A DNA stretch of 64,000 bases, taken from a virus. This document shows, one piece after another, positions 54,033 to 64,000 of the stretch (its first letter is position 1; the number at the start of each line of letters is the position of its first letter). The translations under genes and the position numbers were made by a program. Under the pieces are notes generated by a model. The model had not been told where the DNA came from. It was given only the letters and a program-made list of their open reading frames with translations, and did no database searches. Location of the stretch: positions 1 to 64,000 of the IMG/VR virus record IMGVR_UViG_3300044911_000835. One strand, given 5' to 3'.

Positions 54033-54742
54033 TTTAACTCTCTATGCCTATATAAGGCCACTGTACATTTATTCCAGTAGCCTCCATATATTTCTTGTGA
54101 AGAAATTCTATTGGCTGTATGGTGTAAAAATGTACCATTATCATACATTATACCTGAATGGTTAGGTATTTTAGTTCGACCAGCTTTAAATAATAATACA
54201 TCATACTTATTTAGTGTTTTATCTACTACTTTTTCAAAGCCGTTATCATCTGCATACTTTTCAAATAAATTTTCTTCATATTTGAACCAGTCCTGCTCTG
54301 TAACTTTTGGCCTACCAACTTTAATACCTTTCTCTTCTAGTAGTACATCTCCTACTAAGCCCCAGCAGTCTAGGGTACCGAAATAATAGGGTCTACCTAG
54401 AAAGGGGAATTTATAATCAGTAGGTGCATTTATACTACTAGTTTTGTCAACTAATGAATATATAAACCAAGGTACTTTACTCTTATTACATCCATAGATA
54501 TCTGCTGGCGTAGGCTTAGAGGATCCAGTTAAATGACTATGACAAATAAACTGTATAGCACCCTGTTTAGAAGCCTTTAAATATTCTATAGGATCAATTA
54601 TAAAAGTATCCTTATCAATTGCTATATTAGTGCAAGGTATAAAAGAATTATTTACAATTACTCCACAGGCTTCTTTTAGTATATTAGCTTCAGCGTACTC
54701 TATAAAATTAGCTAAATAATCCTGCACCTGGAAAGGCTCCAT
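54029..54742 (-). CDS. tail tip protein (lambda K-like, JAB + NlpC/P60)
   Basis: EACG, HSH...P..D, DCWGLV, NH.GI, LHH. Confidence 0.9.
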   Translation of the reverse strand: MEPFQVQDYLANFIEYAEANILKEACGVIVNNSFIPCTNIAIDKDTFIIDPIEYLKASKQGAIQFICHSHLTGSSKPTPADIYGCNKSKVPWFIYSLVDKTSSINAPTDYKFPFLGRPYYFGTLDCWGLVGDVLLEEKGIKVGRPKVTEQDWFKYEENLFEKYADDNGFEKVVDKTLNKYDVLLFKAGRTKIPNHSGIMYDNGTFLHHTANRISSQEIYGGYWNKCTVALYRHRELK

Positions 54743-55415
54743 AATTTAATACTGAACTTGCGCCAAATCTTAGTTTGCAGTCTGATAGTTTCTTACCACA
54801 AACGTCTAATAGGGGGTCTGTTGTTGGTGTACCTACACTAGTAAACATTCTGTTCTCGTGTGCTGAAGGTAGATAGTTACAATTAGCGTCTTTATACCTC
54901 CACTGACAAATATTTTGAATAATTAGTCTACGAGGTAATTTAACGGAACTAACATCAAGAGCAGATACTAAGTCATAAACTACAGTAGTATTAGTTTCTA
55001 CTACCTTACGATCAATAAAGTACACTTCTTTAGGAAACTGAGCCTCAGGGTCAGCTTCTAGGTTACCTTCTTCAAAGTTTACTGCATCTATGTATTTTAA
55101 CATAGTGCGAATTCGAGTAACTTTTAATCCTAATAAGTCTTGATATAATCTATTATACTCACTTATCAATCCACCTAAGTTAGCTATTGTTAGTTTAGGG
55201 GTTGCTAGTTGACCAGCACCATCCCACTCAAAACCTTTCATCTCAAATGGGTAGGCAATATAGGTTTCAGAATCAAAAACTAAACTATTACCCAACTCAT
55301 TAGTGTCCGAGAAAAAGTTTAACACCTCAGAACCTCCTACGGTAGACAAGTCCGCACTAAATAAATCTATAATCTTACTAGGAGAGGATTTTCTTAATTC
55401 TGTTAATATACTCAT
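54708..55415 (-). CDS. minor tail protein (lambda L-like)
   Basis: LPRR, CQW.Y...C.Y, D.CGK..DC..RF, GAFPG. Confidence 0.92.
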   Translation of the reverse strand: MSILTELRKSSPSKIIDLFSADLSTVGGSEVLNFFSDTNELGNSLVFDSETYIAYPFEMKGFEWDGAGQLATPKLTIANLGGLISEYNRLYQDLLGLKVTRIRTMLKYIDAVNFEEGNLEADPEAQFPKEVYFIDRKVVETNTTVVYDLVSALDVSSVKLPRRLIIQNICQWRYKDANCNYLPSAHENRMFTSVGTPTTDPLLDVCGKKLSDCKLRFGASSVLNYGAFPGAGLFS

Positions 55416-55756
55416 GTTAAATCGTAAACCCTTTTGAATGTAGCATTTATACTTCTACTTATATGAGAAGGGTACTCTGTAGACCAGTCTTCACAAATAA
55501 CTTTGAAAAATTCAGCTTCACCTGGTGGCTTAAATAAAAAGTATTCAATACCACCTTTAGAAGCTAAAAAATCAAGTATATTATTTGCAGTAGATAGTGG
55601 TTGGTTAGTAAATTGTAGATCCCAAGAATCGTCTAAGTTATTTATTCCATAGGCAACTCTTTGAGAGTACCCACTACCAAACTTAACAGTATTGACAGTG
55701 GGCTTACTAGTTCTGGAGAACCCCCTAGAGGGTACGTAGGTAAAGATATCAGCCAT
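55412..55756 (-). CDS. distal tail protein (lambda M-like)
   Basis: FG.GYSQR...GIN, FL..GG..F.F.PP. Confidence 0.9.
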   Translation of the reverse strand: MADIFTYVPSRGFSRTSKPTVNTVKFGSGYSQRVAYGINNLDDSWDLQFTNQPLSTANNILDFLASKGGIEYFLFKPPGEAEFFKVICEDWSTEYPSHISRSINATFKRVYDLT

Positions 55757-58700
55757 GTAACATTCCTCTAGGTTTCATCTGTTTCATAAGTTCTTCTTGG
55801 ATAGTAGCTTTAATTGAAACGCTTAAAGCTTTACTTAGGTTAGTAGCTTGATCAGCAGAAATAGATGTATCTACACTACCACTATTAGTTACTGTTACTG
55901 TAATATTAGTATCCCCAAAAGTAGCTCCACCACTACCTCCTTTTAGGGTAACAGGAATGCTACGATTATCTGGTAGTGGTACATATGCTTCATTTTTACT
56001 ACCTTCCCCAAATAGTGCCATCTGTGGTGATGTAGCTATACCACCTCTAGCATATTTATGGAGGGGCATGTCACCTAATGGACCTACAATACCACCTTTC
56101 GCTTTTGCAAAAATACTAGTTAATCCACCAGTTATACCACCACTAATAACACTAGTTGCTACTCCCATTAGTATTCCACCGAGAGCCCCTTTAGCACTAC
56201 CTCCAGTAGCAAGTGCACCAACTAAAGCACCTACTGCTCCATGCATAACAGTAGTAGCCATGTTAAACTTATCAGCAGCTACGTCTATTTTTGTTCCACC
56301 CTTTTCAATATTAGTAGTAGCTGTCTTACTCAGAATAGGTGTACTACTATCTTGCATAGCTGGTGGTTGTATAACATCTGGTACTGGTATACTACTTGGG
56401 TTAATCTTTTGTGCTATCTCGTTAAGAAGTCTATTAGTTTCTTTAGCGGAAGATGCTGTAGAACTAACTGCCTGTACTAAAGGATCGTAAGTTCCAGCTG
56501 ATGCGCTAGTAGCGCCAATACTAGATACACCATCTAGTTGCCTAGACATAATAGATGCACTAGTTGGATATGGATATGGGGATGTTCTAACTCCAGTATC
56601 ATTAGCTTTATTAGCTTTCTCCCAATCAAGGTTATACTGTTTATCCAAATCTATGCCTTGTTGAGCTATAGGATCTATCTTACCTGGTACTAATGCCTGT
56701 AGTAAAGCCCTCATATCCTGTTGAATTAACTTTAGTTGATCAAGAGAACTATTAGCAGTAATCTGTAGTGCACTAGCCGCTTTTTCTTGGTTAGTACGAG
56801 TATCATACCCAAAATTTGCTGCTAGTAACTTGATTCCACTCTTCATAGCATTTTTAAATGCGTCTGAGGCCATATCCCTAAACATGTCGCTTAAAGTATT
56901 TCTGACCATATCACTAAAAGCTTTGAAAGTTAATTTTGTCTCATCCATTTTCTGTATCATAGTAGTAAAACTATCTACTATTATATCTGCAGAATCTACA
57001 ATTCCAGTAGCCAGTTGAGACATAACAGACTTAGATTTACCTGTAGTTTCCTCTATTCTATCCATGGCTATAGTTATAGCCTCTTGTAGTCCTTCAGTAC
57101 CAAAAATATCTGAAGCTCTACCAGACTGCTCTCTTATTTTTAAGCTGAGCTCAGTTTCCTTTTTAAATAGATCAGTTAATTTTTGATGAGTATCTAATTT
57201 AAAAGCTAAGTGTTGCTGTTGTAAGTCTACTATCTTCTGTTCTGCTTCTCTATCTCCAACTTTAGATTTTTCAATAGCTATTTGAGCTTCAAGTATTCTC
57301 TCTTGTATTGAATATTGTTCTAGTAGTGTTTGAGTACTTACTGTATTAAACTCAGCAATTTTACTATAGTTAGTAGATACACTAAGTAAATAATCAGAGT
57401 AGGAAGAGGCTAGGTCTACTTGTTCACTTAAATTATCAGAAAGTTTTTCAGTTATTTCTAGGTTAGTTTTTCTAATTCTTAAATTTTCTTCGTCTTGTAT
57501 AACCTTGGGTAGGTCACGTAGTGGTTCACCTTTTTTGAAAGCTTCATCCCTAGCCCTAGCTTTACCAACTACAGCTTCTCCTATAGATACATTAGTAGGA
57601 TCTTTTATTAATTGTTCTACAAGAGTATTATACTCCCCTATCTTTATTGCTAAATCTTTCTCATATTGTAATATATCAGCTTTTGCTTTAATAAGATTAA
57701 TTTCACTATCTACTCTAGCAGATAAGTAAGATGAATCTAGTAATGCAATACTTTGTGATTTTTTCTCTAGATTATTGAGCTCTTCGAATAGTTTATCTTC
57801 TTCAGGTTTAAATTTCTTATCAGCTTCAGCATCAGTTTCCTTAAATTCTGCTCTAGCCTCGGATTCTCTAGCTTTGCCTAGGGAGGCTCTGATTGAGTCT
57901 ATTTTTAGAGTTGCAATTACACTAGCAGCCCCTAAGGACTCTAAACTATTAACTAAGGATAGAATTTGAGATGCTATAGACCCATCAAGTTCTTTTACTG
58001 ATAAAGCTTGGATAGCTTGATCTTTTACAGATCCTGTACCTAGAGGACTAGGATTATTGCTTTTGCTATTCTTAAATAGTTCTTTTGAGGCTAAAGATAG
58101 AGCAGTTCTTAATTGTTGCTCTGTATTTGATTTTTGAGCATCTATAGCTGCTGCATTAGTTTTTTCTGCTTTTATTTGAATATTTGCTATTTTTTCTTCA
58201 GTTTTACGTGCTTCTCTAATAGCTCTAGCTTCTCCTTCTTTTGAAAAACTACCATAAAATTGAGTTTCTTTAAGCTTAGCGGATAGACTAGTTTGTGCCA
58301 AGGATGCGCGTCCGGCTGCAGTAGCTAAGTCTGCTAAACTTTTTGAAGCTTTTAATGAATATCCGATATAGTCCTGTTGTACTTTTTCAATTCCACCGTA
58401 TGAGCCTAGTAGTGAACTAGTACCTTGACTAAGAGATTTTGCTCTATCATCCTCTGCTTTTTTCTGAAGATCTTTATCAGACCCAGCCAATTCCATAGCT
58501 GTTTTATAGTTATTATTTACATCTTCTTGTAATCTATTTAGCCTAGTACGTAATAATTCTAGATCCGCTGGTAGACTTATACCAGACATTTCTTCAAATT
58601 GATCTGTAATGCCAGATAAAAATTCTTGAATATTAGCACCAGATTTAGTAAGATCAGTTTTATCTAGAAGTTTGATAGCTTGGGCGCTAGAAGAACTAAA

Positions 58701-61136
58701 AGCATTTAGAGCTTTTAGTTCTTTTGACTGATTAGTAATGGAAATAATATAGTCACTAGAAATATCGTTAAGTTCTTTTAGATTTTTTGACATTCCGGAA
58801 GCTGTATCCGCGTACTCCTTTGCCTCTTTCTTCAATTTGGGGTCGTTTAGAGCACTGAATACTTTTCTTACTACATCTTCTGTATCTCCAAATCCTATGG
58901 CATTAGCTCTTCTAAAAGCTGCTGTAGCCGTGGTACTAGCACCCTCAATATTAGTTGTGAAAGTATCTTTATTAGCAGAAGCAAATTTTTTATCTGTAGC
59001 CATCCTCCTATCAAATTCTTCCATGATAGGATCCATAGCAATTTTACCGCCACTACCACCATACCCTAAAGTTAGTAAATTAGTTGCATCATCAAAAAAC
59101 TTTGTTAGAGGTCCAGAATTAGTTTTAAAATCATTATATTTCTTCATTGCTTCAGCTACTGCATCTAAAGATTCTGCAAAGCTCATAGCGGATGAAGCAT
59201 TTAAGTCAAATATAGTATGGAAGTCTCCAGCTACTTTTAAATCTTCACTAATTTTTTTACTTAGATCAAGCTTACTATTTAAGGAATCCATACTTTTTGC
59301 TAGTTCAGCTGCATGGTTTGAAGTCAACCCAATACTATCAGTAAGTTTACCTAATAAAGGTAGTATAACAACGAATAACATCATCCATACGCTAAAAGCA
59401 CCAACTAGTTTACCAACACCAATAGTTAGTATGCCCATAGTACCTTGAATATACTGCATACCCCTACCTAATGAAGTAGTAGAGGCTGCTGCTCCCTCTA
59501 TATTTGTCCTTAGTTCTTTAAATCCCTGTACCATTCCTAAATTACTAGCTGTATCATAGGCTCCGGTTAGTCTATTTCTAGCTAAAACAGCCTCCCTATA
59601 CGCTGCACTAGTTCTTATAGCATTTTGTACTGAAGCACTATGTCTTTCTAAATCTGCTATTCTTTGTAGATGCCCTAAGTTTACTTGAGAAGTAGTAGTA
59701 ATAGCAGCAACAGTAGACTGCATATTATTAGCTACTTGTAGCCTACGCTCATCATTAGTAAGAATAGCCTTACTAAAGGTAGCTTGTGTAGCATAAGCAC
59801 CTGTAGTACCTACACCTTGTTGTAGTGTTTTAGCTATTTTTAAGTCGGTTTTTGCTACTTTATCTCTTAAGTCCTGTAATACTCTAGGTATACTATTTAG
59901 CGCTGCATCTCTAGCAGCTTCTCCTGCGGCAGCGGTTGTTGCCCAAGTAAGTGATTTAATACTTTGTATTAACTGTTTACCGGCTGCACTATTTTTAATA
60001 TCTTTTGGTAGACTAGCCTCTAGAACAGTTCGTTGTGTAACCATTGCAGCTTTAGCAGCATCAGTTTGAGCTCTAGATAAATCTCTAATAGCTTGCTTAC
60101 GCTCTTCTATTATTTCTAAGTGCCTAGTTAATCCCCTCTGGTTAGCTTCTGCTTCTGCTGCCCAGGCAGCCCTAAGTTGACCTACTGCTGGTATTAAACC
60201 TTTAATTAAGAGTGATACTAGTGCTATCATACCTAATAGTAAAGTATTAGGACTCTGGGATAATAAGTTTATAAACGGGCCTAGTACAGTATTAATAGTA
60301 CCAAGTACTTCTGTGGACAAATCTTTTATAGAAGATAGTAGTTTAGAAAAGGGATTTGCGGCTTGATCTGCTAATTCTTTATATTTGCTAATGCCTTGAG
60401 TAGTTACAGCATTAACGAAAGCCTGCCTACGTTCATAGTCTGTTAGTACTGATACAGTTTTATCTAGAGTTTTTGCGTAAGCTTTATTAGCGTCGTTTAC
60501 TTTAACCATTAAGCCTAATTCATCTAGTAGTTCTGGCTCAATCTTAATGGTACCACGGAATACGCGTTGTAGTGCATCGGTCATATCACGGCCTAGGGCT
60601 ATAGAGGCGCCTTTAGCTACAGTAGTTAGTTCTTTTATTTGTGTAGTAGTTAGTCCTGCGGAGCTGGCTAAAGAAGCGGAAGCTAGGGCATCAGCCATAG
60701 ATATTGCTCCGTCAGTCAGACCCTTCATATCTTTTGCTAGATTATTTATACTTACACCTACCTTAGTAGATAAAATAGTGGCCGCTTTTTCCATATTAGA
60801 AAAATCGGCCGCTTTTGATAGTGCATTAAAGGCTGCACCTACCGCATAAACATTGGCAGCAAATGTAGCATATAACTGTACTATTCCGCCCATACCTTGA
60901 GCTTGACGTGCAAAATCTCTAGTATCTCCTCTGCCACCAGCTCCACTAGCACCTCTATTTAATCCTGGGTTACCTGGAGTACCTGCTCCTCCTGCTCCTC
61001 CTGCTCCTCCTGTGGCATTAATTCTACGTGGTCGTGCGGCCCTGTCTAAATTAGCATTTAGTTGCTGTACTTGAGCTAGTATGTCAGCTAAATGTGGTGC
61101 ATTTACTGTAACTGAAACTGTTCTACTATTAGCCAT
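55749..61136 (-). CDS. tape measure protein
   Basis: 1795 aa helical; T5 pb2-like N-region (YATFAANV, EPELLDELG); C-terminal YARGG..GE..EA.VPL. Confidence 0.93.
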   Translation of the reverse strand: MANSRTVSVTVNAPHLADILAQVQQLNANLDRAARPRRINATGGAGGAGGAGTPGNPGLNRGASGAGGRGDTRDFARQAQGMGGIVQLYATFAANVYAVGAAFNALSKAADFSNMEKAATILSTKVGVSINNLAKDMKGLTDGAISMADALASASLASSAGLTTTQIKELTTVAKGASIALGRDMTDALQRVFRGTIKIEPELLDELGLMVKVNDANKAYAKTLDKTVSVLTDYERRQAFVNAVTTQGISKYKELADQAANPFSKLLSSIKDLSTEVLGTINTVLGPFINLLSQSPNTLLLGMIALVSLLIKGLIPAVGQLRAAWAAEAEANQRGLTRHLEIIEERKQAIRDLSRAQTDAAKAAMVTQRTVLEASLPKDIKNSAAGKQLIQSIKSLTWATTAAAGEAARDAALNSIPRVLQDLRDKVAKTDLKIAKTLQQGVGTTGAYATQATFSKAILTNDERRLQVANNMQSTVAAITTTSQVNLGHLQRIADLERHSASVQNAIRTSAAYREAVLARNRLTGAYDTASNLGMVQGFKELRTNIEGAAASTTSLGRGMQYIQGTMGILTIGVGKLVGAFSVWMMLFVVILPLLGKLTDSIGLTSNHAAELAKSMDSLNSKLDLSKKISEDLKVAGDFHTIFDLNASSAMSFAESLDAVAEAMKKYNDFKTNSGPLTKFFDDATNLLTLGYGGSGGKIAMDPIMEEFDRRMATDKKFASANKDTFTTNIEGASTTATAAFRRANAIGFGDTEDVVRKVFSALNDPKLKKEAKEYADTASGMSKNLKELNDISSDYIISITNQSKELKALNAFSSSSAQAIKLLDKTDLTKSGANIQEFLSGITDQFEEMSGISLPADLELLRTRLNRLQEDVNNNYKTAMELAGSDKDLQKKAEDDRAKSLSQGTSSLLGSYGGIEKVQQDYIGYSLKASKSLADLATAAGRASLAQTSLSAKLKETQFYGSFSKEGEARAIREARKTEEKIANIQIKAEKTNAAAIDAQKSNTEQQLRTALSLASKELFKNSKSNNPSPLGTGSVKDQAIQALSVKELDGSIASQILSLVNSLESLGAASVIATLKIDSIRASLGKARESEARAEFKETDAEADKKFKPEEDKLFEELNNLEKKSQSIALLDSSYLSARVDSEINLIKAKADILQYEKDLAIKIGEYNTLVEQLIKDPTNVSIGEAVVGKARARDEAFKKGEPLRDLPKVIQDEENLRIRKTNLEITEKLSDNLSEQVDLASSYSDYLLSVSTNYSKIAEFNTVSTQTLLEQYSIQERILEAQIAIEKSKVGDREAEQKIVDLQQQHLAFKLDTHQKLTDLFKKETELSLKIREQSGRASDIFGTEGLQEAITIAMDRIEETTGKSKSVMSQLATGIVDSADIIVDSFTTMIQKMDETKLTFKAFSDMVRNTLSDMFRDMASDAFKNAMKSGIKLLAANFGYDTRTNQEKAASALQITANSSLDQLKLIQQDMRALLQALVPGKIDPIAQQGIDLDKQYNLDWEKANKANDTGVRTSPYPYPTSASIMSRQLDGVSSIGATSASAGTYDPLVQAVSSTASSAKETNRLLNEIAQKINPSSIPVPDVIQPPAMQDSSTPILSKTATTNIEKGGTKIDVAADKFNMATTVMHGAVGALVGALATGGSAKGALGGILMGVATSVISGGITGGLTSIFAKAKGGIVGPLGDMPLHKYARGGIATSPQMALFGEGSKNEAYVPLPDNRSIPVTLKGGSGGATFGDTNITVTVTNSGSVDTSISADQATNLSKALSVSIKATIQEELMKQMKPRGMLHG

Positions 61137-61145
61137 ACACTACCC

Positions 61146-61442
61146 TCATTTCTTTTTCTTACTATTTATTTGTTCAGTTTCCTGACGATCAAATAGAGTA
61201 ACTATCTTTAATACAGATACTCTATCCTGCACTCCAAACAGTTCGAATAGATTTGATATGCTGTCAATAGCTTTTCCAAAATAGTGTCCACTGAAGGAAT
61301 CGTACCTATCAGGTAAATAGCAATAAATTGTCCAAGCCTCTTGAGCTTCGTCAGGTAGGTCTCCTAACTCTATAGGGATTTCATCATCTATAGGTTCTGA
61401 GCCTAACTGCTCACACATATCAAAGTACATATCCCTAGACAT
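61146..61442 (-). CDS. tail assembly chaperone, C-terminal part (reached by -1 frameshift)
   Basis: Y..MCEQLG.EP; frame open back to the slippery site. Confidence 0.8.
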   Translation of the reverse strand: MSRDMYFDMCEQLGSEPIDDEIPIELGDLPDEAQEAWTIYCYLPDRYDSFSGHYFGKAIDSISNLFELFGVQDRVSVLKIVTLFDRQETEQINSKKKK

Positions 61443-61483
61443 ATTAGCATGCCTATTTTGGGAGAAATTCTTTATTTTATCTA

Positions 61484-61906
61484 CTAACTCTTCGAACTGA
61501 ACTTCTGAAAATTTGATAGATCACTCGTAACATCAGAGATAAAGTTATCAAACTCAACTGAATTCTTCATAAGTACTAGGGCGTTTTCATCAGAGAACTC
61601 TAGTTCTTCATTTAAATCTTTAATACTAGATAAATCTACTAGCATTAGGTCTTGCAAATACTCGTACTTGAGACCAGTCCACCCTTTAATAACTGATGAT
61701 ACATAGCTCTTAGTAAATAGTTCGTCATTTAATTCTTCAATAGGTTGACGAGTTTTTCTATCAAATTTTGTAGTAACGCAAGCTTTGCGTAACTTAATTA
61801 GCTCTTCTCGTGAAAGGAAGGCAACTTTAACTTTAAAACCAATCTTGTCCTGAAAATCAACCTCAACAACTTTGGATGGGGTTAATAGTGATTGTAGTGA
61901 AACCAT
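61484..61906 (-). CDS. tail assembly chaperone
   Basis: LSRE, IKGWTGL, NA..LM.NS; position between MTP and TMP. Confidence 0.85.
   Translation of the reverse strand: MVSLQSLLTPSKVVEVDFQDKIGFKVKVAFLSREELIKLRKACVTTKFDRKTRQPIEELNDELFTKSYVSSVIKGWTGLKYEYLQDLMLVDLSSIKDLNEELEFSDENALVLMKNSVEFDNFISDVTSDLSNFQKFSSKS
61508..61514 (-). other. -1 ribosomal frameshift site
   Basis: A AAT TTT heptamer; the -1 frame joins ORF 61146-61442 with no stop. Confidence 0.75.
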
Positions 61907-61924
61907 TAAATTATTTCTCCAAAT

Positions 61925-61945
61925 AGGAGGGCATAAAGCCCTCCT
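61925..61945 (-). terminator. hairpin after major tail gene (attenuator or stabiliser)
   Basis: AGGAGGGC/GCCCTCCT; weak U tract on the - strand. Confidence 0.5.
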
Positions 61946-61951
61946 CTTTTA

Positions 61952-63322
61952 TTATACTACGCCGTAGTAAGAAACTACTAGGTTATTTGTTTTCTCGATA
62001 TCATAACTACCTGGATCAGCTCCAACTCCAAGTGTAGAGTACCCTTGGGCAGAGAAGTTAATCGTTGTAGAAACAACGTCCTGAATATCTACAGTAGGAA
62101 CCTGTAGCTGACAAGCTTCCATAAGTAAATCTACTCTAGTAGAATTAGAGGCTCCCCCTACCTCAATTTGAAGTTTGAACTTAGTTTCAGAAGTAGTAGC
62201 TAAGTTAGATAAAATATCTGTTAGTAGCTTAGCGGATTCATTTGTGCCAGTTTTAAGGTACGCATTTAGGCTACCAGTAATAGATCGAGTACCCGTAAAA
62301 TAACCAATTGAAGTATTAACCGCACCCATATTCTCAGGTGTTAAGTACTCAATATTATTATTAATAGTTAAGTTACCTCCGGTAATAGGTACAGAGTATG
62401 TTGTATTGCCTGTACCAGTACCACCTAAATTAGCTACTAGGGTAGTTGTACTTAGCTTATTAGTAATATAATTGTCAGCAGTAGTTGGGAATATAGTAGC
62501 GTTACCTACAGCCCAGGCCTGTAAAGTTGCGGGGGAAGTAAGTGTAGTACCAAAGCCACTCCAGGCAATCATAGAGATACCCTGTAAGTCAAAGCTAAGC
62601 TCTGCTTGATTTATGGCACAATTAGCAATTTTATACACTGTACTATCTACTTTAAAGATAAGAGTAAACTTCTGTAGTTCATTCTTATTAGATCCGAGGG
62701 TAGTACTAACTGCTTTACCTGATTCTTCGTGCCACTGTCCAGCGAATACTGAACTTGAGGTAACTGTAGCAGAACCTGTAGGGGCTATAGTAACACCTAA
62801 GTCTACTTTAATATCATTACCAGTTTTATCAACTACTCTAAAATAACCATTACCTGTTGAGCTTCCTGACATAACTGTAGTGCCAGTAATTCTTACCATG
62901 TCACCTAGGTCCACTGTATTGGCTGCTTTAGTTAGGGTCATACAGTATGAACCATTAAATAAAGCTACTGCTCCGCCTGTCCATCCAGTTGTACCTGTAG
63001 CATCAATAGCTTTACTACCCATAATAGCATTCCAAAAGAATTTTTCTGGTGCAGTAACTACAGCTGCTGGTTTATATGGTCTAATATAGGTACTTAAACT
63101 CCATTCTACTGGATTTAGTTTACTATTGAATGCGCGTTCACCACGAACAGGTGCTGTACCTGCTTCAGATAAAGTAATTGTTTGCTGCTCTGTGTTCTGA
63201 CTAAATGTATAACCATCTAGTACCTGTAGTTCAAAAGTATTAGCTGCTGTGTAGTTAGCTAGCACATCGTCTGTATTAGTACTAAAGAAAACCTTTGTAT
63301 TTCTACTTAAATTTACTGCCAT
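61952..63322 (-). CDS. major tail tube protein (T5 pb6-like)
   Basis: LSRNTKVF, VLDGYTFSQ, RGERAFN..LNPVEW, GTRSITGSL..YL. Confidence 0.9.
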   Translation of the reverse strand: MAVNLSRNTKVFFSTNTDDVLANYTAANTFELQVLDGYTFSQNTEQQTITLSEAGTAPVRGERAFNSKLNPVEWSLSTYIRPYKPAAVVTAPEKFFWNAIMGSKAIDATGTTGWTGGAVALFNGSYCMTLTKAANTVDLGDMVRITGTTVMSGSSTGNGYFRVVDKTGNDIKVDLGVTIAPTGSATVTSSSVFAGQWHEESGKAVSTTLGSNKNELQKFTLIFKVDSTVYKIANCAINQAELSFDLQGISMIAWSGFGTTLTSPATLQAWAVGNATIFPTTADNYITNKLSTTTLVANLGGTGTGNTTYSVPITGGNLTINNNIEYLTPENMGAVNTSIGYFTGTRSITGSLNAYLKTGTNESAKLLTDILSNLATTSETKFKLQIEVGGASNSTRVDLLMEACQLQVPTVDIQDVVSTTINFSAQGYSTLGVGADPGSYDIEKTNNLVVSYYGVV

Positions 63323-63376
63323 AAAAATTCTCCTATATATGAATTAATAACTTAGTCAGTATTTACTAGCATTGTA

Positions 63377-63808
63377 TTAAATTTCATATCTTATTGATAA
63401 ATTCATTTCACCAACACCATATGGTGCTAGTAATCCTTCATCTGTGGTTATTGAAGTGATAAGAATCTCTGTTGTACCCTTGTCAACCTCATATTCTAGC
63501 AGTTCATTATCTGTGATAATCTGCTCTACATCTTGTAGAAGATCCTCTAATTTACTAGTAGGGTCTTCTGAATTTACATATAACTTTAGTGATATATTAA
63601 GAAAACCCCATTTAAATCCTCCGGGGTGATATTCTCTGGTTTCACTACCAGGAACTATACATACTGTTGGAAAGTCCGACACCTCGTCCCAGAAGACAAG
63701 CTTAGTAAGTACATTGTTTGGAAATATAGTACTTTTAAACGGAGAAGCCCCGTTTATAGTTTTAATCTTTTCAGCCAGTTTTTTAGCTATAGAGCTTCTT
63801 GCACTCAT
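63377..63808 (-). CDS. tail terminator protein
   Basis: FWDEV.DFP, ETREY, SITTDEGLL.PYG.GE. Confidence 0.88.
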   Translation of the reverse strand: MSARSSIAKKLAEKIKTINGASPFKSTIFPNNVLTKLVFWDEVSDFPTVCIVPGSETREYHPGGFKWGFLNISLKLYVNSEDPTSKLEDLLQDVEQIITDNELLEYEVDKGTTEILITSITTDEGLLAPYGVGEMNLSIRYEI

Positions 63809-63837
63809 AATTCCTCTCTTTTTATATTAACCCACAC

Positions 63838-63866
63838 ATTATATAATAGTAGAAAAATAATTTCAA
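63838..63866 (-). promoter_or_regulatory. late promoter
   Basis: TTGAAA-17-TATAAT on the - strand. Confidence 0.7.
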
Positions 63867-63880
63867 CTATATTTTCCAGT

Positions 63881-64000
63881 TTATACTATTATCGTTCTCA
63901 TCCTAGACTTAGTTAGTTGTGCTGCTATTTCTCTTACTGAACGATCAATAAGTGCTGAAGGGCTTCTATCAATATTACCTTGGTTACCTCCAGGTTCAAA
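63881..64000 (-). CDS. tail completion protein, C-terminal fragment (runs off window)
   Basis: FEPGGNQGNIDRSPSALIDRSVREIAAQLTKSRMRTIIV*; T5 synteny. Confidence 0.65.
   Translation of the reverse strand, partial: FEPGGNQGNIDRSPSALIDRSVREIAAQLTKSRMRTIIV

Noticed and set aside
499-63916. Antisense ORFs inside long genes (e.g. 5849-6211, 35261-35653, 55957-56490, 58837-59448)
   Set aside because: No RBS or motifs; opposite to well-supported genes.

Overview
64 kb from a T5-like siphophage (Demerecviridae-type genome organisation). 1-21 kb (+): an RNA-dense accessory region with 26 tRNAs covering all 20 amino acids, many small ORFs behind repeated sigma70-type promoter cassettes, two HNH genes and many structured non-coding RNAs. 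21.6-40.9 kb (+): the T5-type replication block (D3, D2, PC4-like, split NAD ligase, D5, DnaB-like helicase, primase, PolA, D10-D15, dUTPase) plus a class II ribonucleotide reductase. 41-64 kb (-): lysis cassette, tail fibre module, lambda-type tail tip (M-L-K-I-J), tape measure, frameshifting chaperones, major tail protein and tail terminator. The most striking system is at 4.3-7.1 kb: a Ro60/TROVE (Rsr) gene preceded by four Y-RNA-like elements sharing one scaffold motif but carrying different cargo domains. One is a permuted tRNA mimic of YrlA type, one buries the Rsr ribosome-binding site, and the largest has a hammerhead ribozyme positioned to cut at its 5' end. Also found: a circularly permuted tmRNA (tag ANDEVYAIAA), a covarying pseudoknot leader shared by both HNH genes, two large orphan ncRNA candidates, and a series of RNA cassettes closed by 10-20 bp terminal stems. 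All calls were made by eye, with no database or covariance-model searches; RNA ends may be off by a few nt.
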